Positions 1 through 10,689 of a stretch of DNA of 64,000 bases are shown one piece after another (position 1 is the first letter of the stretch; each line of letters starts with the position of its first letter). The notes under the pieces are model-generated. The model saw nothing but the letters and a program-made list of their open reading frames with translations. It had not been told where the DNA came from and made no database searches. Source of the stretch: an uncultured Alphaproteobacteria bacterium (GTDB taxonomy: Bacteria; Pseudomonadota; Alphaproteobacteria; Rhizobiales; Beijerinckiaceae); NCBI GenBank assembly GCA_963779095.1, contig CAVZWU010000004.1, positions 4,048 to 68,047 of the forward strand, read 5' to 3'. A program made the translations under genes and the position numbers.

Positions 1-325
1 CGCCTGTGGACGCATCGGCATCGGCGCCATAGCGGCGAGATGAGCAGCGGAGAAACCCAGTTGTTTCCAAATCAAGGAAGGCAGGCCTCGACGCCAAAAG
101 GAAACAAACAAATGGACGGCAGCTCCTGGCGCATCTGCCAGTAGCGGCTACGGCAGCTTTCGGGAGCTTTGCGTCCGTAGCGGGAGCCGACCGGGAATGC
201 GTGCTTCGGGTCGAAACCGGTCCAACTGATTGGGTTAACGCGACTGCTATGATCGGGGTCACAAGGCCAGTAGCGACTTCTCTATTCGGAGACCCATTCG
301 GCGCGCGGGGGTCCAGCGGAACCGA

Positions 326-1381
326 TCAGCTCTGGGAACAGGCTGCGTCGAGCGCATTCAAAGCCGCGCGCCCATCATGCAACGAGTGCGTGTAATATTG
401 CAGGGTGACATTCGGCGTTTTGTGACCGGCCAGCTTCGCCGCCGTCGCTACATCGATGCCGCTTGCTTGAAGCATCGATATGAAGCTCGCCCTCGCGGAA
501 TGAATGCTTACTGGCGGCATTCCCATTCGTCGGAGCGCGGGTCGCCAAATTCGATGCAGAAAACTGGAGTAGAGCAACACGCCGCCTTGGGGCGCGGGGA
601 ACACGCGCTCGAGGGAGGGACAGGTCGGCTTCCACTCCGCGAGCATTCGGCAGAGCGTCCCGCTCATCGGTATGATGCGCTGACCCGACGCCGTCTTCGT
701 CGTCTCGATCAACTTGCCAGTCTGCTTGTCCTGAACGCGCTTGATGTGGACCACGCAAGCATCGAGATCCACGCAATCCCAGCACAACCCGAGCTGCTCC
801 GATATGCGGGTTCCGGCTAGAAACGGAAACGCGACATAGACGTCGCCGCTGGCGATCACGGCTCGGACCTGATCGATGCTGAGATGCTTACGGTTTGGTC
901 GCTCGAGGCGCTTTTGCAAGTTCGTCGGCATTGCGATCGAGCGCGTTCCAGTATCTTCGGCGTGAAGGGCGAGCGCCGACTTCAGCACCGACAGCGCCTT
1001 GTTCGCCGAGTAAACCGTATCGATGCCGTCGTGCCATTCGCGGATTGACTTGGTGGTCAGCTTGTCGACGCGGACGCTGGTCAGCGGCTCGAGCAGCTTC
1101 GCCCTGTGTTCATAGGTCGTGTGGGTGTTGCCCCGCGTCGTGCGCTTTCGCGTTTCAAGCCAAGCGCGAATCGCGTCGCCGACAGTCACGTTCGATGGTC
1201 TGGCGGGCGCCTCACTCGTCAGCAGCCGGTTCCTGAACTCGGCAGCCTCAATTCGCGTCTCGAAGAAGCGCTGATTGCGCACGCCATCAACGTGCCAACC
1301 CACGATCCAACGAACTTGATGCTTGATGCTTCCGTCTCGTTGGACCCGGCGGCGTTTGCGGCGAGTGATGCTGGCTTCCAT
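326..1381 (-). CDS. Tyrosine recombinase / phage-type integrase
   Basis: Complete catalytic set: GTRISE (R), TTKT (K), HSAR (HxxR), AGH, QYYTH (Y). Basic N-terminal arm-binding-like region; likely ATG at 1381. Confidence 0.93.
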   Translation of the reverse strand: MEASITRRKRRRVQRDGSIKHQVRWIVGWHVDGVRNQRFFETRIEAAEFRNRLLTSEAPARPSNVTVGDAIRAWLETRKRTTRGNTHTTYEHRAKLLEPLTSVRVDKLTTKSIREWHDGIDTVYSANKALSVLKSALALHAEDTGTRSIAMPTNLQKRLERPNRKHLSIDQVRAVIASGDVYVAFPFLAGTRISEQLGLCWDCVDLDACVVHIKRVQDKQTGKLIETTKTASGQRIIPMSGTLCRMLAEWKPTCPSLERVFPAPQGGVLLYSSFLHRIWRPALRRMGMPPVSIHSARASFISMLQASGIDVATAAKLAGHKTPNVTLQYYTHSLHDGRAALNALDAACSQS

Positions 1382-1661
1382 AGCGCGAATTAAAACACGG
1401 CAAACTGTGGTTACACAATTATACTGTGTGGTTCTGGCTCGTCGCCGCGTCCAACCCCAATTCGGCAACTCTAAATCGCGATGATTGCCCATGCAGCTGG
1501 CGCGGGGCCTGGGCTGGTCGAGGGCCTCTTGAACCGGCCGCTGCAATCACGCATTGCCAACACCACAATTATGGTAATTCAATTCCATTAATGGTCAGGG
1601 CAATCCTCCGGTATCGTTGGTGGCAGTACACAAGCCGCCGACACATCGTAGGAGGTAGGAC

Positions 1662-2120
1662 ATGAATTTGTTATCGCGACGGAGCATACTCGCAATCGCC
1701 GCCGTAGTCGACGTCGCGTTGCATTCGCGCTCGGCTCCAGTTGCCGCCAAAGCCTTGGCTGCGCGTCATAAATTGCCCACACGCCACCTGGAGACGTTGC
1801 TCCAGGGGCTGGTTCACGCGAAGATCCTCAAGGGCGTGCGCGGGCCCCGAGGCGGCTACGACCTGGCGCGCGATCGCCGACGCATCACCGTGGGCGAGAT
1901 CGTGCGCATCGCGATGTCGCTGAGCACCGCCGATCCGGAAGATCTCGGCGCAAACTCGGTGCTGCTCGAGCGGGTGATCGACCCGGCGGTGCGCAGGGCG
2001 GGCGAGACCTTTCTCGCCAATCTCGATGCGATCACGGTCGAGCAGATGTGCGAGACGGCCGAGAAGGCGCATGTGCTCGACGACGAGAGGGTCAGCGTGT
2101 TGATTTCCACTGAGAGCTGA
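1662..2120 (+). CDS. Rrf2-family transcriptional regulator, 3' end replaced by IS21 sequence
   Basis: RHLETLLQGLVHAKILKGVRGPRGGY winged-HTH motif; strong AGGAGG RBS; the last codons derive from the IS left end at 2098. Confidence 0.9.
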   Translation: MNLLSRRSILAIAAVVDVALHSRSAPVAAKALAARHKLPTRHLETLLQGLVHAKILKGVRGPRGGYDLARDRRRITVGEIVRIAMSLSTADPEDLGANSVLLERVIDPAVRRAGETFLANLDAITVEQMCETAEKAHVLDDERVSVLISTES

Positions 2121-2200
2121 CCCGGGCGCCACGGGTTTTTCCACCGAGAACTGACCCATGTTCGAACCCTTCCCCCTTGGCCTAGGCGGGGGACGATGGA

Positions 2201-3742
2201 GTGATCGACATGGAGTTACTGAGCGTCATCCGACGCTGGCACTACCGGGACCATTTCTCGATCCGAGAGATATCGCGGCGCACGGGGCTGTCGAGGAACA
2301 CAGTCCGCAAATATCTGCGCTCGGACACCGTTGAACCGAGGTTCAACATCCCTGACCGCCCGAGCAAGCTGGACCCTTACGCCGACAAGCTGTCGCATAT
2401 GCTGCGGCAGGAGGCGGGGAAGTCCCGCAAGCAGAAGCGGACGACCAAGCAATTGCACGCCGATCTGGCCGCCCTCGGTTACGACGGCTCCTACAATCGC
2501 GTGGCGGCCTTCGCTCGCGACTGGAAGGCCGCTCGGCAACAGGAACAGAAGACGTGCGGCCGCGGCGTGTTCGTGCCGCTGGCGTTTTTGCCGGGCGAGG
2601 CGTTCCAGTTCGACTGGTCGGAAGATTGGGCGATCATTGCCGGCGAGCGAACCAAGCTGCAGGTCGCTCACTTCAAACTGTCCTGCAGCCGCGCCTTCTT
2701 CCTCCGGGCCTACCCGCAGCAGACCCACGAGATGCTGTTCGACGCCCATAACCACGCCTTCCGCGTGCTGGGCGGCGTTCCCCGGCGAGGCATCTACGAC
2801 AACATGCGCACTGCGGTCGACAAAGTCGGGCGCGGCAAGAACCGCCAGGTCAACGCACGGTTCGCAGCCATGGTCAGCCACTTCCTGTTCGAGGCGGAGT
2901 TCTGCAATCCGGCGTCCGGTTGGGAGAAGGGGCAGATCGAGAAGAACGTCCAGGACGCCCGCCATCGGCTCTGGCAGCCCATGCCCAGCTTCCCCTCCCT
3001 GGCGGCGCTGAACGACTGGCTGGAGATGCGATGCAGGGAGCTGTGGGAGCAGACGCCGCACGCCTCGCATCCTGGCGCGATTGCCGACGCCTGGGCCGAA
3101 GAGGTCCAGCATCTGATGCAGCCTTCGCGCCCGTTCGACGGCTTCGTCGAATACGCCAAGCGCGTGTCGCCGACGTGCCTGGTCCATCTGGACCGCAATC
3201 GCTATAGCGTGCCGGCCTCCTTCGCCAATCGTCCAGTCAGCGTACGAGTCTATCCCGAACGCATCGTTGTCGCCGCCGAGGGACAAGTCGTCTGCGAACA
3301 TCGCCGCGTTTTTGCCCGCTCCCACCAACGCAAGAGCACGACCACCGTTTTCGATTGGCGGCACTATCTGGCGGTCATTCAGCGCAAACCGGGCGCACTC
3401 CGCAACGGCGCGCCGTTCGCCGAACTCCCGCCTGCCTTCCGTGCCTTGCAACAGCGCATGCTCAAGACGCCGGGCGGCGACCGCGAGATGGTCGAGATTC
3501 TGGCTCTCGTCCTCCAGCATGACGAGCAGGCCGTGCTCACTGCCGTCGAACTGGCTCTGGAGGCCGGCGTGCCGACCAAGACGCACATTCTGAACCTGCT
3601 GCACCGGTTGATTGACGGCAAGCCAATCGACCCACCCGTCGTGAAGCCGCCTAATGCTTTGACGCTCACCTCCGAGCCGCAGGCCAACGTCGAACGCTAC
3701 GATGCGCTGCGCCAAGCCCGGGAGGCGCGCCATGCGTCATAA
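2201..3742 (+). CDS. istA: IS21 transposase IstA
   Basis: N-terminal HTH, FQFDW / YDNM / EKGQIE DDE motifs. Confidence 0.95.
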   Translation: MIDMELLSVIRRWHYRDHFSIREISRRTGLSRNTVRKYLRSDTVEPRFNIPDRPSKLDPYADKLSHMLRQEAGKSRKQKRTTKQLHADLAALGYDGSYNRVAAFARDWKAARQQEQKTCGRGVFVPLAFLPGEAFQFDWSEDWAIIAGERTKLQVAHFKLSCSRAFFLRAYPQQTHEMLFDAHNHAFRVLGGVPRRGIYDNMRTAVDKVGRGKNRQVNARFAAMVSHFLFEAEFCNPASGWEKGQIEKNVQDARHRLWQPMPSFPSLAALNDWLEMRCRELWEQTPHASHPGAIADAWAEEVQHLMQPSRPFDGFVEYAKRVSPTCLVHLDRNRYSVPASFANRPVSVRVYPERIVVAAEGQVVCEHRRVFARSHQRKSTTTVFDWRHYLAVIQRKPGALRNGAPFAELPPAFRALQQRMLKTPGGDREMVEILALVLQHDEQAVLTAVELALEAGVPTKTHILNLLHRLIDGKPIDPPVVKPPNALTLTSEPQANVERYDALRQAREARHAS

Positions 3743-4526
3743 TCCCGCCGCTGGCGCCGTCGTCATCATGCTGCGCACCCTCAAAATGCACGGCATGGCT
3801 CAGGCGGTCGGCGAGCTGACCGAGCAAGGCTCTCCGGCCTTTGAGGCGGCGCTGCCCATCCTATCGCAGCTCTTGAAGGCGGAAACAGCCGACAGGGAGG
3901 TAAGGTCGACGGCCTACCAGCTCAAAGCGGCCCGCTTTCCGAACTATCGCGACCTTGCCGGCTTCGACTTCGCCAGCAGCGAGGTCAACGAGGCGCTCAC
4001 ACGTCAACTCCATCGTTGCGAGTTCCTGGAAGACGCCCACAATGTCGTCCTGGTCGGCGGCCCCGGCACGGGCAAGACGCATCTCGCCACCGCGATCGGC
4101 GTCCAGGCGATCGAGCATCATCGCAAGCGCGTCCGCTTCTTCTCCACCGTCGAACTCGTCAACGCTCTCGAACAAGAGAAGCTTCAGGGCAAGCCAGGAC
4201 AGATCGCCGCCCGGCTCACTCACTCCGATCTCGTCATCCTCGACGAGCTTGGCTACCTGCCGTTCAGCGCCTCCGGCGGGGCGTTGCTCTTCCATCTGCT
4301 GAGCAAGCTCTACGAGCGTGCCAGCGTCATCATCACAACCAATCTCAGCTTCGGCGAGTGGGCAACCGTGTTCGGCGACCCGAAGATGACGACCGCTCTA
4401 CTCGATCGTCTCACCCACCGCTGCCACATTCTCGAAACCGGAAACGACAGCTTCCGCTTCAAGAACAGCTCGGCGAAAGCCGCCAAACCCGCAAAGGAGA
4501 AACCTCGAAACTTGACGAACGCCTGA
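3732..4526 (+). CDS. istB: IS21 helper ATPase IstB
   Basis: Walker [28 protein letters not shown]; overlaps the istA end. Confidence 0.95.
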   Translation: MRHNPAAGAVVIMLRTLKMHGMAQAVGELTEQGSPAFEAALPILSQLLKAETADREVRSTAYQLKAARFPNYRDLAGFDFASSEVNEALTRQLHRCEFLEDAHNVVLVGGPGTGKTHLATAIGVQAIEHHRKRVRFFSTVELVNALEQEKLQGKPGQIAARLTHSDLVILDELGYLPFSASGGALLFHLLSKLYERASVIITTNLSFGEWATVFGDPKMTTALLDRLTHRCHILETGNDSFRFKNSSAKAAKPAKEKPRNLTNA

Positions 4527-4708
4527 TCCCAAAACCATCATCAAGCCGGGTCAGTTCTCAATGGAAATCCCGGGTCAGTTCTCGACGGAAATCGACAAGC
4601 TAACGTCGCCGTCCAATCTCGCTTGTGACTGCGACGAGCACCACTGTACCCTAATCAATCCCGGGCGAGGTCGTGCGGCAATTCATCGCCGGGTCTGCCC
4701 ATCCCCAC

Positions 4709-5695
4709 TTAGTTGTCTCTCTTCCTAAGCACCCGATTTCGCAATCGACCAATTCGTTCAACGTAAAGTTCAACTATATCCCCGTCCTGGAGGTAACGGC
4801 CAAGCTCAAGACCACAGCCAAATCCCACAGTTCCAAATCCAATAAACTCGCCTGCTCTCAGCGTTTCGTCGCGGGATAAATATGATATAATCTTCGGTAC
4901 GCTATGTAGCATTCCTGACGAATTTGACCTTCCCCAAAGTTCTCCATTTACAGTCACGCTTAGTTCTAGCGCCTCAGGACTAAGAATTTCATCGCGCGTG
5001 ACTATCCAAGGTCCAATTGCGTTTGCCCCATTAAAACTCTTAGACTTCGCCGGGCCAAAGCCCGATTGCAACTCGTCAAATTGAAGATCTCGAGCAGAGA
5101 AGTCATTGAAGATCGCATATCCAAAAACAAATTCTTCGGCTTCGTCGAGTGAAATATTTTCGCCATCGCGACCGATGAACATTCCAAATCCCAGCTCGAA
5201 GTCCATCACGTTACTGTGTGTTGGCCATACAATAGTCGCGTCCTGTCCAACTACATTGTGCCTATTGTGAAAATAAAAAATCGGTTGCTGTTTGAAGATA
5301 TCCGGAACTTTGGAAAGAGGCCGAAATTCACAATCATCTAAGCTAAGATTTTTACGTTCAGCGCCAATGCGTCTCATTCCTGCACCTGCGGCGCAAATAT
5401 GCTGAGGAAATAATGACATGTCGCAAATCTGCTCGGGTGTCGGAACAGGGGATAGAAATTTAACGTCAGAAAGAGCTGCACTGCAGCCTGAGCTATCACC
5501 ATAACGTCTAGTTAGTCTTTTAGCTTCGCCAAGAGCTTCCTCTCCAGCCTTGATCAAATGCAACATATCTCGAAAATATGGCCTTGAGTTACCATCTCTG
5601 AGTGACGCCGCTGCCAAATCCAGTACACGCGAATTATCCTCGTCGATAACACCTATATAAGACCCCTCTTCTCGCATGAAAGTGCCGAGTTTCAC
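4709..5695 (-). CDS. Fumarylacetoacetate (FAH) family hydrolase
   Basis: DFEL, FNDFSARDLQ, KSKSF, IGPWIVT, GTVG motifs. Confidence 0.88.
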   Translation of the reverse strand: MKLGTFMREEGSYIGVIDEDNSRVLDLAAASLRDGNSRPYFRDMLHLIKAGEEALGEAKRLTRRYGDSSGCSAALSDVKFLSPVPTPEQICDMSLFPQHICAAGAGMRRIGAERKNLSLDDCEFRPLSKVPDIFKQQPIFYFHNRHNVVGQDATIVWPTHSNVMDFELGFGMFIGRDGENISLDEAEEFVFGYAIFNDFSARDLQFDELQSGFGPAKSKSFNGANAIGPWIVTRDEILSPEALELSVTVNGELWGRSNSSGMLHSVPKIISYLSRDETLRAGEFIGFGTVGFGCGLELGRYLQDGDIVELYVERIGRLRNRVLRKRDN

Positions 5696-5761
5696 GATGC
5701 GTCTCTTCTCTGGACCCGATGCTCTGTCCTCGATAAGCGCGAATTTTTCCGCCGTCGCATT

Positions 5762-5862
5762 CTAGTGGTCAAAATCAAACGTAAAGTTCCGGGGCGCCTT
5801 CCGCAATTTCAAGGAGTTCTCCGGCTTGCAAGGGGTTCGAAGCGTTTGATTCTATCCACTAG
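5762..5862. repeat. MITE-like palindromic element, copy 1
   Basis: CTAG at both ends. 20-bp TIR CTAGTGGTCAAAATCAAACG / CTAGTGGATAGAATCAAACG. Near-identical to 6896-6995. Confidence 0.85.
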
Positions 5863-6834
5863 CTTCGGAGTTTCATCGCGACCGGCCGCATCGGCGAACC
5901 AGTAGCTCCGCGTATCCGTATGCACGCCCCAAAAAACGCGAATGTGAAAATCTTTTCCGCGGCCAGATCCTCCAGATTAACAATCTCCATTATGGGAATC
6001 CCGGCTTCCGCCAGAAGATACGTGTGGACGACCTGCCAGTTCTCCGGGTCCGCCGAGGGGGATTGCTCCAGCGTATGCGTATCAGAACCTATTGTAACAG
6101 CGCCCCCCATCGCGAGGAATTCAGCCCCTGCTCGGTTAATTCCTGGTGGGTTCGTCATGTAATTGGTCGGGTCGGGCCACGCGCGCATACGCCCCGTCCT
6201 GATCATTACCACGTCTCCCGGGAGTAATTCACAACCTTGATGCTTTAAGCACCCACTAAGATCATCCGCGCCGATCCCGTAACTGGGCGGCAGAGCGTCC
6301 ACTCCGTGCATTGCGGCCACATCAAGTAAAAGACCCTCGAGCGATCACCGGTGGATGTTTGTCTGCTCCATTCACATCCCAGTGACGGCTCCCCAAATGG
6401 TCTTTCGCAGCATATCCGTTGAAGATCTTACCGCGATAGCCGAAATGATTTAATGCATCTACATGGGTACCACAATGGGTATACATGGAGATTGCGTCAC
6501 CGGAATAAGAGACCAGATGGTTATGCTCAAATCCTACCTTCATAGCGTCAGCAAGTTCCTCACCGCGGGGAGTGTGCGTCATCCATATCTGAAACCCCGG
6601 ATCGTTCGCGGCGATCCAACCCGGCATGCCGATAAAATGATCTACAGACAAATCGAAGATCTTGGTCGCGTCCGCACAACTCACAATTGCCTGACGTGAC
6701 TCCGCATTTATCAGATTTAGCATTCCTATCTGGTCGCCTGAACCGAACGGGCTCTCGGTGACTTCGCGAAACGTCGCCGAGTACGCGGCGATTTTTTTCT
6801 TCATCGCCTCATCTACGTAGTGTGGAGTGCACAT
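5859..6834 (-). CDS. Cyclase family (KynB-like) metal-dependent hydrolase, frameshift near 6325
   Basis: HCGTHVD motif, GDVVMIRTG, VHTYLL, GATGSP. Split over ORFs 6322-6912 and 5859-6320. Confidence 0.85.
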
Positions 6835-6895
6835 GTCGGCTCCCTCTTGGTAAATATCTATCCCTGCTCTTCCACGATTAAGTCGAAGAGTTGAC

Positions 6896-6995
6896 CTAGT
6901 GGTCAAAATCAAACGTAAAAGTCCGGGGCGCCTTCCGCAATTTCAAGGAGTTCTCCGGCTTGCAAGGGGTTCGAAGCGATCGATCTATCCACTAG
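6896..6995. repeat. MITE-like palindromic element, copy 2
   Basis: Direct repeat of 5762-5862, CTAG-bounded, identical core. Confidence 0.85.
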
Positions 6996-8013
6996 GCCCT
7001 TTGCCCTTTCCCGCCTGTCGCCCACGACAGGATCAGTGCAAATAGAATGATGGCTCCGTAAGCTGCATCGATCCAAAACGCTGGGATCTGGGAGAGAGTA
7101 AGAATGTTCTGCAACAGCCCGAGCAACAAACTCCGGTCAGAGCTCCGATCAGACGTCCGCGACCGCCCTCCAAACTGACACCTCCTATAACCGCCGCTGC
7201 AAATACATAAAAAATCATGTTGGCCCCCTGGCTTGTCACAACGGAAGCAATCCTCCCTGTCAACATTAAGCCGGCTAAAGCTGAAAGAACCCCGCCTATT
7301 ACGTAGACAGTCCAAGTGACACGTTCGACGTTAATGCCAGCAACGCGAGCAGCTTCCGCGTTCCCCCCAATTGCGTAAAGCGCGCGTCCCCAACGATGAT
7401 ATCGAAGCAAAAGACCAAACCCAAAATAAAGTAATCCAGCTATCAAAATTGAAACAGGAATTCCAAATATCGTCCCACTTCCTAGGTAAAGGTAGACGGG
7501 CGGCAAACTGAACAACGTCTTCCCGTTAGTTATACCCATGGTCACCCCTCGAAGAAGGATCAGCATGGCTAAGGTCGTGATAAAAGCATTGAGGCGCATC
7601 TTGGTTACGAGGAAGCCATTTATAAAACCAACTAAGGCCCCAACTAAGAAAACAACGCATATCGCCACATAAGGATTGATTCCGATCCCCGAGCCACCTT
7701 CACCGACGCTCGTCACAATTAGCCAACCCCCGACCATAGGAGCGAGGCCGACTACGGACTCAAGCGAGAGGTCGAAACGACCCGCAATCACAATCATCGT
7801 TTCAGCAATTACCAGGATAGAAAGCTCCGACGATTGTTGGAGAATGTTCAAAATGTTTCCGGTAGTAAGAAATGCGTCACTTATAAGAGCACCGATGACA
7901 ATAGTTATCGCAATTACTGGTACTAAGGTAAGCTCGCGAAGACCAACCCCCGCTGAGCGCCAGATCGGCCTCGAATGACGCTCAAGCCGCGGAACAATGA
8001 CCTCATCGAGCAT
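6992..8013 (-). CDS. Sugar-type ABC transporter permease (RbsC-like), frameshift near 7125
   Basis: FDLS, GRALYAIGGNAEAARVAGI, AAVIGGVSLEGGRG; C-terminus continues in ORF 6992-7315. Confidence 0.88.
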
Positions 8014-9541
8014 TGGGATCGAAGCCCTCTATTGAAGCAACCAATTCATCGTCAGTCCAACCCGCTCCAAACTCAGCGCGGACGCTTCCTTTAAATAAGA
8101 CTATGACCCGATCACAGATTACAAGTTCATCAAGATCGTCCGAGACGATCAGAACGGCCGTGCCCGCCGCGCGGGCGCGATTGGCAATTGCAAAGAGACT
8201 ATTTTTGGAGGCGATATCCACGCCTTGGGTCGGGTGGACCAGGACAAGAACCTTGGGGGAAGGCGCCAGCGCACGACCGAAGACGCTCTTTTGCTGATTT
8301 CCCCCGCTGAGTTCAGAAATTGGTTGTTCAGTTGACGAAGTTACGATCTCCAAGGATCGAATGATGTTATTAGCCTCCCGATCCCGCTTCCGCGGCGAGA
8401 TAAAGCCGGCCAAGCCTAATCGGTCCACTATGGTCATGGTCGCGTTTTCGGCGACGGAGAGATGCGGAATTATTCCTCGAGCTCGGCGATCTCTCGGAAC
8501 ATATCCCACGCCGATCTTCTGAGCCATCGAGACATTTCCGGGAGGCACGTTTTCACCACACACGAAAATCGCGCCGTCTGAAGGCGTTTCGAGACCAGCA
8601 ATCGCGTCCCCAATGAGTTCCTTACCGGATCCAACGAGCCCGGTCAGACCGACGCACTCGCCAGATGCCACTTCAAAACTCACATCGCGGACTGCGTCGC
8701 CGAACTGAAGCCGCCGTACTTCCAGGTTGACCTTGGACCGGTCGGGAGGCCCTCCTTCCCATCCTCGGCCGCTCGCCTCTCGCATCGCGTCGCCTACCAT
8801 CGCGCCGACGACTTTTTCGACGGGCATCTCAGAAAGGGCCGCATCGGCCACTACCCGACCGTCTCTTAGGACAGTGACAGTTCGGCAAATATCATAAATC
8901 TCCTCAAGATAGTGGGAGATGTAAAGGAAAGTAACTCCGTTATCACGTAATTTGAGAATCCTTTCAAAGAGACGGGTTACTTCCCGCCCCTCCAACTCTG
9001 CAGTGGGCTCGTCTAAGATAATAAATCTTGTGCCCTGGCGGAGAGCTCTGGCGATTTCGACGATATGGCGCTTTTCAACTGTGAGCGACCCAGCCAGTTC
9101 TCCGACATCAATCTGGAAACCCCACTCGTCTAAAACATCTTGAGCTTCACGCCTTAGTCGTGACCATTTAATCAAGCCCCCGGAACCAATTGGCTGGGAG
9201 TTTAGAAATAAATTCTCCGCAACCGTTAACTGAGGAATTAATGTCGATTTTTGATAGACACATGCGACTCGATCACGCCACTTCTGAGGCGAGGCAACGT
9301 CGGGGGCGGGCTCCCCCAAAAATCGAATGAAGCCGGTATCGGGCCTCAGTATGCCGGTCAACAGAGCAACTAGAGTGGATTTTCCCGCGCCGTTCCGACC
9401 AACGAGTGCCTTCGACTCGCCGGCGTTTATTGTGATCGACACGCCTTGCAGGGCCTGACTGCCACCGAACCGCTTCGAGACATCCGTTGCCTCCGCGATC
9501 GGAAGGTCAGGCCTGCTCGCCGTTGACGCAGATAAAAGCAA
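8003..9541 (-). CDS. Sugar ABC transporter ATP-binding protein (RbsA-like, two NBDs)
   Basis: GRNGAGKST, ILDEPT, LSGGNQQK, PTQGVD. Confidence 0.92.
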   Translation of the reverse strand: MLLSASTASRPDLPIAEATDVSKRFGGSQALQGVSITINAGESKALVGRNGAGKSTLVALLTGILRPDTGFIRFLGEPAPDVASPQKWRDRVACVYQKSTLIPQLTVAENLFLNSQPIGSGGLIKWSRLRREAQDVLDEWGFQIDVGELAGSLTVEKRHIVEIARALRQGTRFIILDEPTAELEGREVTRLFERILKLRDNGVTFLYISHYLEEIYDICRTVTVLRDGRVVADAALSEMPVEKVVGAMVGDAMREASGRGWEGGPPDRSKVNLEVRRLQFGDAVRDVSFEVASGECVGLTGLVGSGKELIGDAIAGLETPSDGAIFVCGENVPPGNVSMAQKIGVGYVPRDRRARGIIPHLSVAENATMTIVDRLGLAGFISPRKRDREANNIIRSLEIVTSSTEQPISELSGGNQQKSVFGRALAPSPKVLVLVHPTQGVDIASKNSLFAIANRARAAGTAVLIVSDDLDELVICDRVIVLFKGSVRAEFGAGWTDDELVASIEGFDPNAR

Positions 9542-9606
9542 GTATTTGCTTCCGGAAATCCAGAGTCACACAGTACTTTGACGCGCCTCAGCCTCTATGT
9601 TCTTCT

Positions 9607-10632
9607 TCAATCTTTAACCTGATTGCCCCAGAGGGATTTGTCATCCACATTCTGTTTTGTCACCAGTGGTGCGGGGAGAGCGTCCATCAGATTTCCGTTG
9701 AAGGTAATGATTTCGCTGTTGTGATCGGTAGGTCCAGGCTTGTATGTTTTGCCGTCGATGGCCCCCCGCAGATATTCAAAACCATATTTTACGTACAGGT
9801 CCAGCGGCTGTGAAATCGACAGATCCAACCACCCGTCACGTACAGCTTGAAGAGCTTGCGGCGCACCATCAATACCAACCAAGAAGACATGTCCTGGTTC
9901 GCCTACCTGTTTTAATTTACCAGCGCTCTTCAGGACGTTAAGCACCCCGGAGATCATGCCCGCATCCGTTTGCATAAAAATGGCACCTAGATCTGGAGTT
10001 GCGGTCACTACAGTCTGGGTTACCGAGGTCGCAACGTCAGATTTCCAATATGTCGGCTTTTCGATTAGCTTTATATCAGGGAAAGTCTTGGCCAAGCACT
10101 CACGATAACCAGCTGAACGATCACGACCGTTGATTGTTGCGAGGTCTCCCATAAGAGATAGGGCGGTACCCTTGCCCCCAAGAGCTTTTCCGTTAGCCAT
10201 ACAAGCATCTACACCCATCTTGTAGTTGTTCGCTCGAACGATCATGGCCAATTTACCGCCGTTCGGCCCGATATCGAGCGAGACAACAGGAACGTTCTTG
10301 TCTTCAGCATACTTAAGAGCCGGAATAATGGCCTCGCTATCCGTTGCAATGACAATTATACCACGCGCGCCCAACGCAATTAGATTGTGAAAGTCGGTAA
10401 TCTGCTTGCCCGGATCTCTATCTGCGTTAGCGACCGGAAGTGTTTTGATGCCATCCTTCTTCGCTCCATCCACCAACAAGTTCGCCTGTACGACCATAAA
10501 CGTATTGCCCAAGAAGGGCATAGAAATCCCAAGCGTGTAAGGAGTGTCGGGGTAGGCCGCGGTTCCGATCATGGCACCACCGGCGCTGAGGGCGAGCGTG
10601 GCACCAACGATATACCTTCGACTAACCTTCAT
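9607..10632 (-). CDS. Sugar ABC transporter substrate-binding protein (RbsB-like)
   Basis: Signal peptide, periplasmic binding protein type 1 motifs (VPVVSLD, VGIDG, QP). Confidence 0.88.
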   Translation of the reverse strand: MKVSRRYIVGATLALSAGGAMIGTAAYPDTPYTLGISMPFLGNTFMVVQANLLVDGAKKDGIKTLPVANADRDPGKQITDFHNLIALGARGIIVIATDSEAIIPALKYAEDKNVPVVSLDIGPNGGKLAMIVRANNYKMGVDACMANGKALGGKGTALSLMGDLATINGRDRSAGYRECLAKTFPDIKLIEKPTYWKSDVATSVTQTVVTATPDLGAIFMQTDAGMISGVLNVLKSAGKLKQVGEPGHVFLVGIDGAPQALQAVRDGWLDLSISQPLDLYVKYGFEYLRGAIDGKTYKPGPTDHNSEIITFNGNLMDALPAPLVTKQNVDDKSLWGNQVKD

Positions 10633-10689
10633 TTCGTGTCCTCCCTGTGCCGACCAAAGTGGTTTCGGTCATTGCACTTGCTACCGTCG

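Larger units (their letters stand above)
2098..4597 (+). mobile_element. IS21-family insertion sequence
   Basis: TG...CA ends. Left IR TGTTGATTTCCACTGAGAGCTGACCC vs reverse complement of right end TGTCGATTTCCGTCGAGAACTGACCC. Second internal repeat at each end; istA-istB pair. Confidence 0.95.

Noticed and set aside
1400-1600. Short repeats (TGTGGTT x2, CACAATTAT x2) as integrase arm sites
   Set aside because: Too short to distinguish from chance or promoter elements without the partner att site.
2216-3733. 505-aa antisense ORF over istA, and similar long shadow ORFs (e.g. 45062-46384, 47601-48938, 60753-62105)
   Set aside because: Typical stop-poor reverse frames of high-GC genes; no recognisable motifs.
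5762-6995. CRISPR array or integron attC cassette
   Set aside because: Only two 100-bp repeats ~1 kb apart, no cas genes, no GTTRRRY/RYYYAAC ends, and the integrase shows no obvious IntI-specific features.
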